A stretch of 64,000 bases of DNA from IMG/VR virus record IMGVR_UViG_3300029288_000168, positions 5,394 to 69,393 of that record. One strand, given 5' to 3'. Source of the DNA: a virus. Taxonomy: Duplodnaviria > Caudoviricetes. The notes under the pieces are model-generated. The model did no database searches. It was not told the origin of the DNA and saw only the letters and a list, made by a program, of their open reading frames with translations. This document shows, piece by piece, positions 20,161-28,880 of this stretch. Made by a program: the position numbers and the translations under genes. Within the stretch, counting starts at the first letter, position 1. Each line of letters begins with the position of its first letter.

Positions 20161-21324
20161 ATGAACATCGATTTTGCAAAGTGTGAATTTGGGCAAGAGG
20201 AAGTAGGTGCGGTCAACAGAGTATTGGAGGGATATTGGTTAGCTTCCGGTGTTGAAAATGAAAAATTTGAACACGAATTTGCTAATTACATTGGCACTGA
20301 TTATGCTGTGTGTGTCAATTCTGGAAGCTTGGCTAATTTAATAGCATTGCAGTCGCTAAACTTGCCCAAGGGAAGTAAAGTAATGACGTCAGCGTGCGGG
20401 TTTCCTGCTACGTTGTCTCCGCTTTTGCATTTAGGGTTGGATCCTGTTTTGGTAGATTACAATATTAAAACACACAATATAGACATTGATCAAGTGATAT
20501 TAAGGTTGCCGGAAGTTAAAGCTGTAATGTTTGCACATACGATGGGCAACCCAGTAGATGTAAGATCTATGTTGGCAGTAGCAAATGCCTTGCACATACC
20601 AATAATAGAAGACTGTTGTGAGGCGGTCGGTGCCAAAATTGATGGTAGGCAAGTTGGTAGCTTTGGCAAGTTGGGCACCTTTAGCTTTTATCCAGCTCAT
20701 CAAATAACAGCTTTGGGCGGGGGCGGTATGATAGTTACTAACGACAAAGAGCTGGCAAACGAGTGTAGAAGTTTGAGAGATTGGGGTAAAATATACAACT
20801 GGGATTCTTATCTAGGAGATCATAAGACTAGATATTCTGCAGAGATTAACGGTATACCTTATTTTAAGCATTATACTTACCACTCAGTTGGGTATAATGC
20901 CAAGCTTCCAGAGGCAAATGCGGCTTTTGGTAGGGAACAACTGAAGAAGTTAGATGTGTTTGTGCAGAAGCGGTTGGAGAACTATCAATACTTGCACGAT
21001 CGTATTGCTAAAATTGGCGTATTTGAAGATATAGAAATGATTGATGGGGCAACGCCTAGTTGGTTTGGGTGTATACTAACATTTAAAGATAGCGTTGATT
21101 TTAATAGAAATAGGTTTGGGGATTATTTGGAAGATAATGGCATTAGAACTAGACCATTTTTTGCCGGGAATATAACACGCCATGAACCATTTAGGCAATA
21201 TGAAGCGGATTTCCCAGTTGCTGATAAGTTAATGAAAGACTCGCTGTTTGTTGGTATATGGCAGGGTTTGGGTGCAACAGAACTTGATTATATGGTACAG
21301 ACAATTACAGACTATACAAAATGA
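20161..21324 (+). CDS. DegT-family NDP-4-keto-6-deoxysugar 3-dehydratase (RfbH/DdhC/ColD-like)
   Basis: VNSGSLAN, AHTMGNP, IEDCCEA; SFYPAH has His in place of the aminotransferase Lys. Confidence 0.85.
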   Translation: MNIDFAKCEFGQEEVGAVNRVLEGYWLASGVENEKFEHEFANYIGTDYAVCVNSGSLANLIALQSLNLPKGSKVMTSACGFPATLSPLLHLGLDPVLVDYNIKTHNIDIDQVILRLPEVKAVMFAHTMGNPVDVRSMLAVANALHIPIIEDCCEAVGAKIDGRQVGSFGKLGTFSFYPAHQITALGGGGMIVTNDKELANECRSLRDWGKIYNWDSYLGDHKTRYSAEINGIPYFKHYTYHSVGYNAKLPEANAAFGREQLKKLDVFVQKRLENYQYLHDRIAKIGVFEDIEMIDGATPSWFGCILTFKDSVDFNRNRFGDYLEDNGIRTRPFFAGNITRHEPFRQYEADFPVADKLMKDSLFVGIWQGLGATELDYMVQTITDYTK

Positions 21325-22145
21325 AATTGCACGGAAATTCCAACTACTCTGTAGAAATTAAGTCTAATTGTAACGGCTTCTTTGTTGTGAAAAAGGCATA
21401 CAACACAGATGACTGGAAGAGGTTATGTAGGCAAATACACAAACAACAAAATTACTTTCACTTTATTGAAAACCATAAAGTGATGCGTTGCTTTTTCGAT
21501 GTGCCAGAGGTTATTGATGTTGATTTTGAATCTAAACATGTTGAAATGAAATTTTGTAACGGAAGATCGGTGTTGGACATTATAGAGCAGGAGGATATAT
21601 TTGTACTTTCAAATGTGTTAGAGGAATTATTTTTATTTTTACAGTGGGAGTTTGACAATTCTAAAGTGTATATATCAAGTTGTAAGGCTTGGGACGACAA
21701 AGTTGACGACTTACGTTCTAAGGTAAAAGACAACCAGATTCTAAAAGTGTTGCAACGTCTACCTAGTGATGGGTTAAATATACCCATCGGACGGTGTCAT
21801 GGTGATTTGACGTTTAGTAATATGCTTTTTTCTAATAAGATAGTATTGCTAGATTTCTTGGATAGTTTTATAGAGACTCCGTTGATAGATATAACTAAAC
21901 TTATGCAGGAAGTAAACCTTAAATGGTCCCTTCTAATGAGTAATAGGAGATACGACTACCCAAAAATAATTATAGGGTATAACTATTTGCAAAATAAGTT
22001 TGCAGAAAGGTTAAAAAGTTTTATAGAGGAAAACAAAATACACCAACCAACGCTTGAGCTGTTTTATAAGATGACTTTGGTTAGAATACTGCCTTATTGT
22101 AAGTCTGAACGTATACACAACATCATAATAGAGGAGTTGCAATGA
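21321..22145 (+). CDS. APH/choline-kinase-like phosphotransferase
   Basis: CHGDLTFSNML and LLDF motifs. Confidence 0.8.
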   Translation: MKLHGNSNYSVEIKSNCNGFFVVKKAYNTDDWKRLCRQIHKQQNYFHFIENHKVMRCFFDVPEVIDVDFESKHVEMKFCNGRSVLDIIEQEDIFVLSNVLEELFLFLQWEFDNSKVYISSCKAWDDKVDDLRSKVKDNQILKVLQRLPSDGLNIPIGRCHGDLTFSNMLFSNKIVLLDFLDSFIETPLIDITKLMQEVNLKWSLLMSNRRYDYPKIIIGYNYLQNKFAERLKSFIEENKIHQPTLELFYKMTLVRILPYCKSERIHNIIIEELQ

Positions 22146-23197
22146 AAACTTTAATATTGCCCGTGTGTGGCAAGTCTTCTAGGTTTCCTAATGTTAGACC
22201 GAAGTTTCTGTTAACACACCCGTCTGGCAATAGTATCCTTGCTGAATCAATACGCGGAATAGATTTGAAAACTATTAATCAGGTTGTGATTGTTGGGTTG
22301 CAAGATCACCAAGATAAGTACGACTATGTTGAACCATTGCGTGATGAATTGAACTTAGAATACAATCTTGGAAGTAAATTACAGATACTTCTGTTAAAGG
22401 ACGACGTTGGCAGTCAACCGGGCAATGTAGCAGAGGGTATAAAGAGATTAGGTATAGATGGACAAGTGTTGGTAAAGGATTGTGATAATTACTTTAAAAT
22501 TGATAACGTCGATGGCAATTTCGTTGGTGTATATGGTCTTGATAAGTTGCGGAATGTAAATGCCAGCAATAAAAGTTATATAAAGTTTGGTAAGAGTGGG
22601 GAGATTGTTAATATAGTAGAAAAGTGTATTATAAGCAACGAGTTTTGCTGTGGCGTATATGGGTTTGAAGATGCCAAGAGCTTTGTGTCTACTTATGATA
22701 AATTGAAAGAATATGACAATTTGTATATGTCTCATATCATTTATCAATTAATTTTAGATGGTGTGTTATTCTTTGCAAGAGAGGCTAGTGACTATGTGGA
22801 CTGGGGAACGTTGGAGGACTGGCAGTTTTTTGTTGGACAGTATTCTACGTTGTTTGTGGATATAGATGGTATATTGGTAGAAAACTCTGGCAAGCTAACT
22901 ACTCCAAGGTGGGGGAGTACTAAGGGCATTGCAAGAAACATAGAGTTAATAAATAGGTTATATGCTTCTGGCAAGCACTATATTGCATTAACTACCACTA
23001 GAAGTCAAAATAGCATAGATCTTACTACAGAACAACTTAAACGGGAGGGGCTACAGGGTTGGCATAAGATGGTAATGGATTTGCCTCATTGTAAAAGGAT
23101 ACTAATAAACGACTACTCAGATACAAACCCTCATCCATCAGCCATTGCTATTAATTTAGAAAGGAATGACGATAAATTGGAGAAATTGATTAAATGA
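22142..23197 (+). CDS. Sugar-phosphate nucleotidyltransferase fused to a HAD-like domain
   Basis: LILPVCGKSSRF, DCD, DWGT; C-terminal FVDIDG (DxD). Confidence 0.75.
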   Translation: MKTLILPVCGKSSRFPNVRPKFLLTHPSGNSILAESIRGIDLKTINQVVIVGLQDHQDKYDYVEPLRDELNLEYNLGSKLQILLLKDDVGSQPGNVAEGIKRLGIDGQVLVKDCDNYFKIDNVDGNFVGVYGLDKLRNVNASNKSYIKFGKSGEIVNIVEKCIISNEFCCGVYGFEDAKSFVSTYDKLKEYDNLYMSHIIYQLILDGVLFFAREASDYVDWGTLEDWQFFVGQYSTLFVDIDGILVENSGKLTTPRWGSTKGIARNIELINRLYASGKHYIALTTTRSQNSIDLTTEQLKREGLQGWHKMVMDLPHCKRILINDYSDTNPHPSAIAINLERNDDKLEKLIK

Positions 23198-24885
23198 AAA
23201 CCTATTCAGTTTTGCGGTGCGGTGATCAATACGGGTGGGCTTACCATAATGTTGCAAAGGGTCATGCTAAATATTCTAGGCATGACATAAAATATGTTAA
23301 CCAGGCTGATGTCTACTATACTGGTCTAAACTTGATGTATATCCACAGTTCGGACATTAGCAACAGACATTCAGTAACCATTCCAATAGAAGCAAAAAAG
23401 CGTAAAATAAAAGTAATTGGTGCATACGCTGGTAACCCTAAATATTGGGGTAGGGACGTTATACGAATATATTCACACGCGGATTTAATAGTAGCAATTT
23501 CCCCTCAAACTTATCAATTTGCTAAAAACAACTATCCGTCTATTCCAGTTATCTTTCTGCCAGAATCTATAGATGCTAATTTCTTTACTCAGAAACCTAA
23601 TTATAATGTTAACACTTTTAATGTGGGGTGGGCTGGAGGAATACACAAACAAATAAAGAGAGTATACTTAGCAGAAAGGTTGGATTACCATGTAACTATA
23701 CAAAGTGAATGGGGGCGTACACATTTTACTAAGGACAGAACCTTGGATCACATGCGCAATTTCTACCATAATATGGACGTACTTGTAGTTACTAGTATGA
23801 CTGAGTGTATGCCACTAGTTGTCTTAGAGGCTATGTCTTGTGGGTTGCCAGTAGTTTCTACAGAAGTAGGGAGTATTAGGTTGTTGTTGGAGGATGACTG
23901 GATAGTACCAAACTCTCCAGATGAAACTGTAATAAAAGAAATAAATTGCAAGCTAAAGATGTTGAAGGAAAACCCAGAGCTAAGGGAAAGGGTTGGAAGG
24001 AGGAACGCTGAACATATAAGAAAGTGTTTTGATTGGAAGGTTAATACTACTTTGTGGGATGACGTATTTTCTGCAGTAATTGAAAACCACATTCAAGATG
24101 CTGTTGGATATCAAGATCAGTTTCTTGTGCCGTTTGTAGAGAGATTTGATAGTGCAGTTAATAAATCTGAATATACAGATATAAACCAACAGATTCAATA
24201 TATTGGCGGTAGGCTTGCGCGTTTGATAAAGCACCTATCTAGTACTAAAATATGCTTTTGGTTATCTGGTGATTCGTATCAAGACTTTTTGAAATATGGC
24301 AGGACTCATGATGAGGGCAGAGACTTGTGCATATCTGTTAGGTCAGATGCTGATAAGAATATTTTGACAGAGTTGTCAAAGAATTCGTTGTGTAGGGAGT
24401 TGCTTAATGATGTAAACCTACACATATGTGTTGACGAATCTGTTAATAAAACAAGATGCGTCAATTTTCATGGCGTTGAGGTAAACGTACCATTATTAGT
24501 AGAAGATAAAACGTTGTCACCTGTGCAAGAACCTTACAACTTTGAACAGGAATATAAACTCCTCCAGTTGATAAGTAGTGCAAATATAAGATTTTGCCTT
24601 GTGAAAGATTCTTGTTATGACTGTGTTATAAATGGCAAGTTGACTAATAAACTGTTAAGCTTGGAGGTATGGCATGATGCGGACAAGGTTAAAATTGAAG
24701 ATATAATAACATCTAACAACTTAAATATAGACGTTGAAATTAGTGTTAACGGTAGTAGAAATGCAAAGATTTTTGCTGTAAACAACATTTCCGTTCGTGT
24801 ACCAATCCCAGTTACTGTATATTTGGAGAAGCACACTGGTCAAAACTGGTCGTATTTGTGTAGGTTAATAAATACGAAGAAATAA
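23194..24885 (+). CDS. GT4 glycosyltransferase with a duplicated C-terminal domain
   Basis: VGWAG, ECMPLVVLEAMSCGLPVVSTEVG; two related C-terminal repeats (FWLSGDSY / FCLVKDSC). Confidence 0.85.
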   Translation: MKTYSVLRCGDQYGWAYHNVAKGHAKYSRHDIKYVNQADVYYTGLNLMYIHSSDISNRHSVTIPIEAKKRKIKVIGAYAGNPKYWGRDVIRIYSHADLIVAISPQTYQFAKNNYPSIPVIFLPESIDANFFTQKPNYNVNTFNVGWAGGIHKQIKRVYLAERLDYHVTIQSEWGRTHFTKDRTLDHMRNFYHNMDVLVVTSMTECMPLVVLEAMSCGLPVVSTEVGSIRLLLEDDWIVPNSPDETVIKEINCKLKMLKENPELRERVGRRNAEHIRKCFDWKVNTTLWDDVFSAVIENHIQDAVGYQDQFLVPFVERFDSAVNKSEYTDINQQIQYIGGRLARLIKHLSSTKICFWLSGDSYQDFLKYGRTHDEGRDLCISVRSDADKNILTELSKNSLCRELLNDVNLHICVDESVNKTRCVNFHGVEVNVPLLVEDKTLSPVQEPYNFEQEYKLLQLISSANIRFCLVKDSCYDCVINGKLTNKLLSLEVWHDADKVKIEDIITSNNLNIDVEISVNGSRNAKIFAVNNISVRVPIPVTVYLEKHTGQNWSYLCRLINTKK

Positions 24886-24900
24886 TTCCTATTAGTTATG

Positions 24901-24929
24901 TTGACAGCGTTTAATAACTGTGTTATAAT
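24901..24929 (+). promoter_or_regulatory. sigma70/sigmaA-type promoter
   Basis: TTGACA-17-TATAAT. Confidence 0.75.
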
Positions 24930-24935
24930 AATATT

Positions 24936-25715
24936 ATGAGTATATCAGGAAAAGTTGCAATTATATATACTACATTCATGCGTGATGATTTAATGTATAA
25001 AACGGTGCGGTCTATCCTTGATAATTGGCAGGATGAGTTTTGCCTATTAATAGGAGATCAAAACCCGTCAGTTGCTAAAGAAGAAAAGATTTGCGACATG
25101 TCTGGCAACAAAGATGTCAAATATGTTGCTCTGGGGTTTGACTGCGGATTGTCTCAAGCTAGGAATATGTTGGTTGATATTGCACATACCCTAGGTATAA
25201 AATATTGTTTTGTTACTGCTGATTCAATTGTATTTACTGCGTCTATTGACTTGAATCCCATTATTAGTTTTTTGCAGGAAGAACCAAACAGGGGTCTTGT
25301 TGGGTTTGACCTTAAAAATCGTACACCGTGGGAATATAACATGTGTTTGGACTCCTTTGGGTTTATACTAACTAAGGCAGACAAACGCATATGTATAGGT
25401 GGTATTGACTATATTGAGTGTGATATTTGTAGGAATTTTTTCTTAGCTAAAACAGAGTTGTTGCTTAAAAATAAATGGGATAATACATTAAAGTTAAGTG
25501 AACACGAGGATATGTTCTACCGGATTAAGACGCAAACGTCTTACAAAGTATTTTTTACTAAATGCGTGGTTGGTGAATATATAGATTCTAAACCGATGGA
25601 GTATGTAAAATACCGCAGTCGTATGTATGGTATATATAGAAAGAAACTGCAACAAAAATATAGTATTAGGGGATGGATAAAAATAATAGACAAGTGTCAG
25701 AGTCAGCCATCTTGA
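24936..25715 (+). CDS. GT2 glycosyltransferase
   Basis: IIYTTF, IGDQ, DCGLSQARN, FVTADS, EHED; start lies near the predicted TSS (leaderless?). Confidence 0.8.
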   Translation: MSISGKVAIIYTTFMRDDLMYKTVRSILDNWQDEFCLLIGDQNPSVAKEEKICDMSGNKDVKYVALGFDCGLSQARNMLVDIAHTLGIKYCFVTADSIVFTASIDLNPIISFLQEEPNRGLVGFDLKNRTPWEYNMCLDSFGFILTKADKRICIGGIDYIECDICRNFFLAKTELLLKNKWDNTLKLSEHEDMFYRIKTQTSYKVFFTKCVVGEYIDSKPMEYVKYRSRMYGIYRKKLQQKYSIRGWIKIIDKCQSQPS

Positions 25716-25830
25716 TTTTAACATACCTTCCTTTAGCCTTCTTGGTATTTTCCTTTTTATTTGTCGTGCAAATTGGTGTTTTGCTATTTGTTTATGATAC
25801 ATATGGAATACTATAACCTATTACATATAC

Positions 25831-25860
25831 TTGACAAATGCATATGTTATATGGTATAAT
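25831..25860 (+). promoter_or_regulatory. sigma70-type promoter
   Basis: TTGACA-18-TATAAT with TGG before the -10. Confidence 0.75.
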
Positions 25861-25862
25861 AT

Positions 25863-26060
25863 ATGTATAATAGAGAGGGTTGCATGCCAGATAAGGGGCT
25901 AGATACAGAAATTGAAGAGGCAATTGAAAAGTTGCCTAAGCTAAAACAAAGGCAATACGCCACGTTTGATCAGTTGTCGTATTTATCTAAAATAGCAACC
26001 AAGTTAGGTTTGTACGATGCCGATAATTTTGTCAGACAGGCTATGGATCTTTTTAATTAA
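25863..26060 (+). CDS. Hypothetical protein
   Basis: Short ORF after a promoter; true start probably the later ATG. Confidence 0.5.
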   Translation: MYNREGCMPDKGLDTEIEEAIEKLPKLKQRQYATFDQLSYLSKIATKLGLYDADNFVRQAMDLFN

Positions 26061-26084
26061 GATAACTATAATTTAGGGATCTAC

Positions 26085-26114
26085 TTGACAAATAGGTGTT
26101 TCTTGTGGTTTAAT
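26085..26114 (+). promoter_or_regulatory. sigma70-type promoter
   Basis: TTGACA-18-TTTAAT. Confidence 0.6.
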
Positions 26115-26183
26115 GTAATGTCTTTGTTCATGTGTTACAGTGGTAGGTGGAAAGTTCCTATAATATAATAAGGAGATGGAGAG

Positions 26184-26567
26184 ATGTGTTTAGATACAAA
26201 AACTAATTATCATAGGAAAGATTGTGGTTATGGGTGGAAGGTCTTTAACATCCATAGGTTTGGACTCTCAACGGAAAGAAAAGGAATCTTTCCCTGGGTT
26301 ATAGGTGAACATACTCAAAGAAAATCTTATCCTACTAATAAATGGCTCCGATCTAGGCAACGCACTATAAGAACTAGTATAGGAGATGGAACTTATTCAA
26401 CTGGGTTTCATATCTTTTCTAATTATCCAAGTCCATTTGGATCCAACAGCAGAATGAGAATTCTTAGGGTAAAATATAAAAATGTTATTTGCTCTGGAAA
26501 ACAGAGCGGCGAGAATGTAATAGTTGCCAAATATATGATGATCTTACCGCGTAACAGGAGGAAATGA
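26184..26567 (+). CDS. Hypothetical protein
   Basis: AAGGAG SD. Confidence 0.65.
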   Translation: MCLDTKTNYHRKDCGYGWKVFNIHRFGLSTERKGIFPWVIGEHTQRKSYPTNKWLRSRQRTIRTSIGDGTYSTGFHIFSNYPSPFGSNSRMRILRVKYKNVICSGKQSGENVIVAKYMMILPRNRRK

Positions 26568-26791
26568 TGGTTTGGGACGAAATAAAGACAGTGTGTGCAA
26601 TACTTGTTGGGATAGCTCTTTTTGTAATCCTTACCTTAGGACTTTTTCTTTTAACTCATCAACCGCTTGTAATTAAAGCAGCTGACGGATCTATTATAAT
26701 GATTATAAAGAACTATCCAAACGGCAAGGTCAAGGATGGAACTTATTTACTCGTTCCAACTGAACTGGCTAGAAGCAAAGACAATTATTGA
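26564..26791 (+). CDS. Small single-TM protein
   Basis: AGGAG SD; hydrophobic N-terminus. Confidence 0.6.
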   Translation: MMVWDEIKTVCAILVGIALFVILTLGLFLLTHQPLVIKAADGSIIMIIKNYPNGKVKDGTYLLVPTELARSKDNY

Positions 26792-26953
26792 CGGATAGGT
26801 GGTGAGATCTCCCTAACCAGAGGTCAGAAATAAGAAAGCGGAAATTAGGTCAGCCTACCCACACAGGCTCCGCAAGGAAAGGATGACCGAGAGGTTGGGT
26901 TGCAGAGACGGCTGGTTGCCGATTTAGCACCCAACCTCGACAATAAACTATAG

Positions 26954-27190
26954 ATGTGTAAAAATGCTGGTGTAGCAAACGAAGTAGCTACAGCAGTCAT
27001 AAACTGTGCTATTGAAGAGATGTGTCGTAAGAATCCACAGGAAAGCCATTTCGTTCGCCAAGTTTGTGCCGAGATTCGCAACGATATTAAGAAATTTACA
27101 AGTGATATGATTACACTTTACGGAACCGAGCTTGGCGTTATAGAGCTTATTCCAAAAGAGGAGCAAGGAGTCAATGAAACTAAAAGTTAA
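26954..27190 (+). CDS. Hypothetical protein
   Basis: 78-aa ORF. Confidence 0.45.
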   Translation: MCKNAGVANEVATAVINCAIEEMCRKNPQESHFVRQVCAEIRNDIKKFTSDMITLYGTELGVIELIPKEEQGVNETKS

Positions 27191-27296
27191 TAACAACTTG
27201 ATAATTTTAACCGTATTTACCATACTTGTGTGGGTAATAGTTAAAGTTTGCTATCTTGTTGTTGATATATGCGCTATGAACTTGGGAGGGATGTAA
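27174..27296 (+). CDS. Small membrane protein (40 aa)
   Basis: AAGGAG SD; hydrophobic core; found by hand. Confidence 0.45.
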   Translation: MKLKVNNNLIILTVFTILVWVIVKVCYLVVDICAMNLGGM

Positions 27297-27309
27297 TTTA
27301 TTAATGATG

Positions 27310-27339
27310 TTGACACTGCGTGCATTTATATGTTATAAT
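27310..27339 (+). promoter_or_regulatory. sigma70-type promoter
   Basis: TTGACA-18-TATAAT. Confidence 0.7.
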
Positions 27340-27670
27340 GTTTAATATAAACGTGCTAGGTGTAGCTCATACAGACGATGTTCAATATATTAAATATATA
27401 TGGTGGTATGACGTTGTAAATGACTTCTTTGACGGATGTGAGCTTGGTAAAAGAGTCAGAAGACATTTGAACATAAAGGGTATTGATAGAGATGGAATTG
27501 TTAAAGGTAGGGTGGTGTTGTTTGGCGGTGAGTATTACCTAATGATTCATACTGTTGGATACAAAGCTCACTCAGAATTTGTGGTGTCAAGGATAGTTGA
27601 AGCAATTTCTAATAAGTTTTTGGTACATTTCGTAATTAATGAGTCTGGGGAATTGTTGTTGAATAGATGA
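27320..27670 (+). CDS. Hypothetical protein (start uncertain)
   Basis: Track start lies inside the promoter; true start is downstream. Confidence 0.45.
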   Translation: MHLYVIMFNINVLGVAHTDDVQYIKYIWWYDVVNDFFDGCELGKRVRRHLNIKGIDRDGIVKGRVVLFGGEYYLMIHTVGYKAHSEFVVSRIVEAISNKFLVHFVINESGELLLNR

Positions 27671-27828
27671 CTGATAGATGCGTTGTATGTGGAAAGGAAA
27701 AATTAAAACGCAAGGGCAAATACTGCTTTAAATGTAGGTTTGAAGTGCGCAAGGCATATATGCGTACTTATGGTGCTAAATGGCGCAGTGAACACAAACA
27801 AAAGGAGAAACAAAATGGCAATAGTTAA
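27667..27828 (+). CDS. Small CxxC..CxxC zinc-finger protein
   Basis: MTDRCVVCG..YCFKC; ATGA overlap. Confidence 0.5.
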   Translation: MTDRCVVCGKEKLKRKGKYCFKCRFEVRKAYMRTYGAKWRSEHKQKEKQNGNS

Positions 27829-28018
27829 AATTAGAACAGCAACGCAGAAGGCTCAGCAGTGTGCGGCATGTCAGGCAATAATTGAAAAAGGTCAGCAGTA
27901 TGCCGATTCTGACGAGAAACTTACTCCACCCAAACCGTTTCCTTCGAAGAAGTACTGTCTTAACTGCTCTAAGGATATGCCGATGAAAGAAGCCAAGAAG
28001 AAGGAGGCTAGGAAGTAG
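27815..28018 (+). CDS. Small zinc-finger protein
   Basis: AAGGAG SD; CAAC..CLNC. Confidence 0.6.
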   Translation: MAIVKIRTATQKAQQCAACQAIIEKGQQYADSDEKLTPPKPFPSKKYCLNCSKDMPMKEAKKKEARK

Positions 28019-28037
28019 GTATATTTTACTAAATGTA

Positions 28038-28067
28038 TTGACATTGATGTTGCGATTGTGGTATAAT
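28038..28067 (+). promoter_or_regulatory. sigma70-type promoter driving the DIP1984-like gene and downstream RNAs
   Basis: TTGACA-18-TATAAT, with TGTGG. Confidence 0.8.
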
Positions 28068-28108
28068 GTGTAATACAATTAACAAACACTAAATAAAGGA
28101 GATGCGAG

Positions 28109-28621
28109 ATGAAGCTTATCGAGGGTATGAAGAATGTCAAATCCATCCTACGTAAAATGGAGGATATGAGGGGCAAGGTACAGAAGTATTGTGCTGATAT
28201 GGATTTCCAAGCGCCCACATACCCTAACCAGAAAGAGCAGGTTTCTCAGTGGCTTCAGTCGCATCATGATTTGGCGTTGGAACTTACTACGTTGAAGAAG
28301 AATATACAGAAGACCAACCTGTATTCTGATGTTACTATCAGGATTGGAGATAAAGATGTAACTAGATCAATAGCTGAGTGGGTTATAAGGCGCCGGGAAA
28401 TAGTAGACCTTGAAGTGCAGTGCTGGGCTGGTCTTTCCAATAGGAGTTTGCAGGATGTACAGCTTAGGACGGGGTCTGGCGATACTGCACCTGCCAAGGT
28501 AAGGTTGTACTTCGATGCTAAGGAGCGCGACGCCAACGTAGAGCTTTACAAATCGGAGAAGGAGTCGATCGATAAAGCTCTTGAGATAGCAAATGCAACT
28601 ACGAATCTTATTGAGGATTAG
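28109..28621 (+). CDS. Helical coiled-coil protein resembling the DIP1984 family
   Basis: MKLIEGM.. N-terminus, IQKTN, SIAEWVIRRR, C-terminal IANATTNLIED; family recognised from memory, not searched. Confidence 0.6.
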   Translation: MKLIEGMKNVKSILRKMEDMRGKVQKYCADMDFQAPTYPNQKEQVSQWLQSHHDLALELTTLKKNIQKTNLYSDVTIRIGDKDVTRSIAEWVIRRREIVDLEVQCWAGLSNRSLQDVQLRTGSGDTAPAKVRLYFDAKERDANVELYKSEKESIDKALEIANATTNLIED

Positions 28622-28627
28622 TTAATT

Positions 28628-28637
28628 TGTTCTTTGG
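28628..28637 (+). promoter_or_regulatory. boxA-like antitermination element
   Basis: TGTTCTTTGG directly before ncRNA candidate A. Confidence 0.55.
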
Positions 28638-28860
28638 ATAATTAAGTGGCGCGAAAGCGTAGTTATCTGAGCTGAGACTACTCGGATACGTTGCTTAGTT
28701 GCGGGCTCCATAAAACTATCAGGGAAGCCTGAGGGTGGACGACAACAGAAGACTACAAATAGCAGGGGTGTTAGTGACTGGGTACCAGTCCAATCCTGAG
28801 GGTATGTAGGGATGAAAAATAGCTTAACGTAAAGAGTTGACAAAGTCTTCACTTAATTAT
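28638..28860 (+). ncRNA. Structured ncRNA candidate A (about 220 nt)
   Basis: 11-bp closing helix ATAATTAAGTG/CACTTAATTAT, GCGC-GAAA-GCGT tetraloop, AAGACT/AGTCTT, CAGG-GAAG-CCTG, GACTGG-GTA-CCAGTC; no + strand ORF. Confidence 0.7.
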
Positions 28861-28865
28861 AATAG

Positions 28866-28880
28866 TGTTCTTTGATAACA
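28866..28880 (+). promoter_or_regulatory. boxA-like element
   Basis: TGTTCTTTGATAACA before ncRNA candidate B. Confidence 0.65.

Noticed and set aside
25494-25802. Basic minus-strand ORF starting in the pyrimidine-rich gap
   Set aside because: Overlaps the GT2 gene by about 220 nt with a weak SD; a short real gene cannot be excluded but is unsupported
28638-28860. Group I intron (TTGCGGG P-like, AGACTA/AGTC P7-like)
   Set aside because: No Q strand to pair with P, and no interrupted gene
28837-28863. Promoter TTGACA..TATAAT
   Set aside because: Spacer is only 15 bp, versus 17-18 in all others, and it lies within RNA helices
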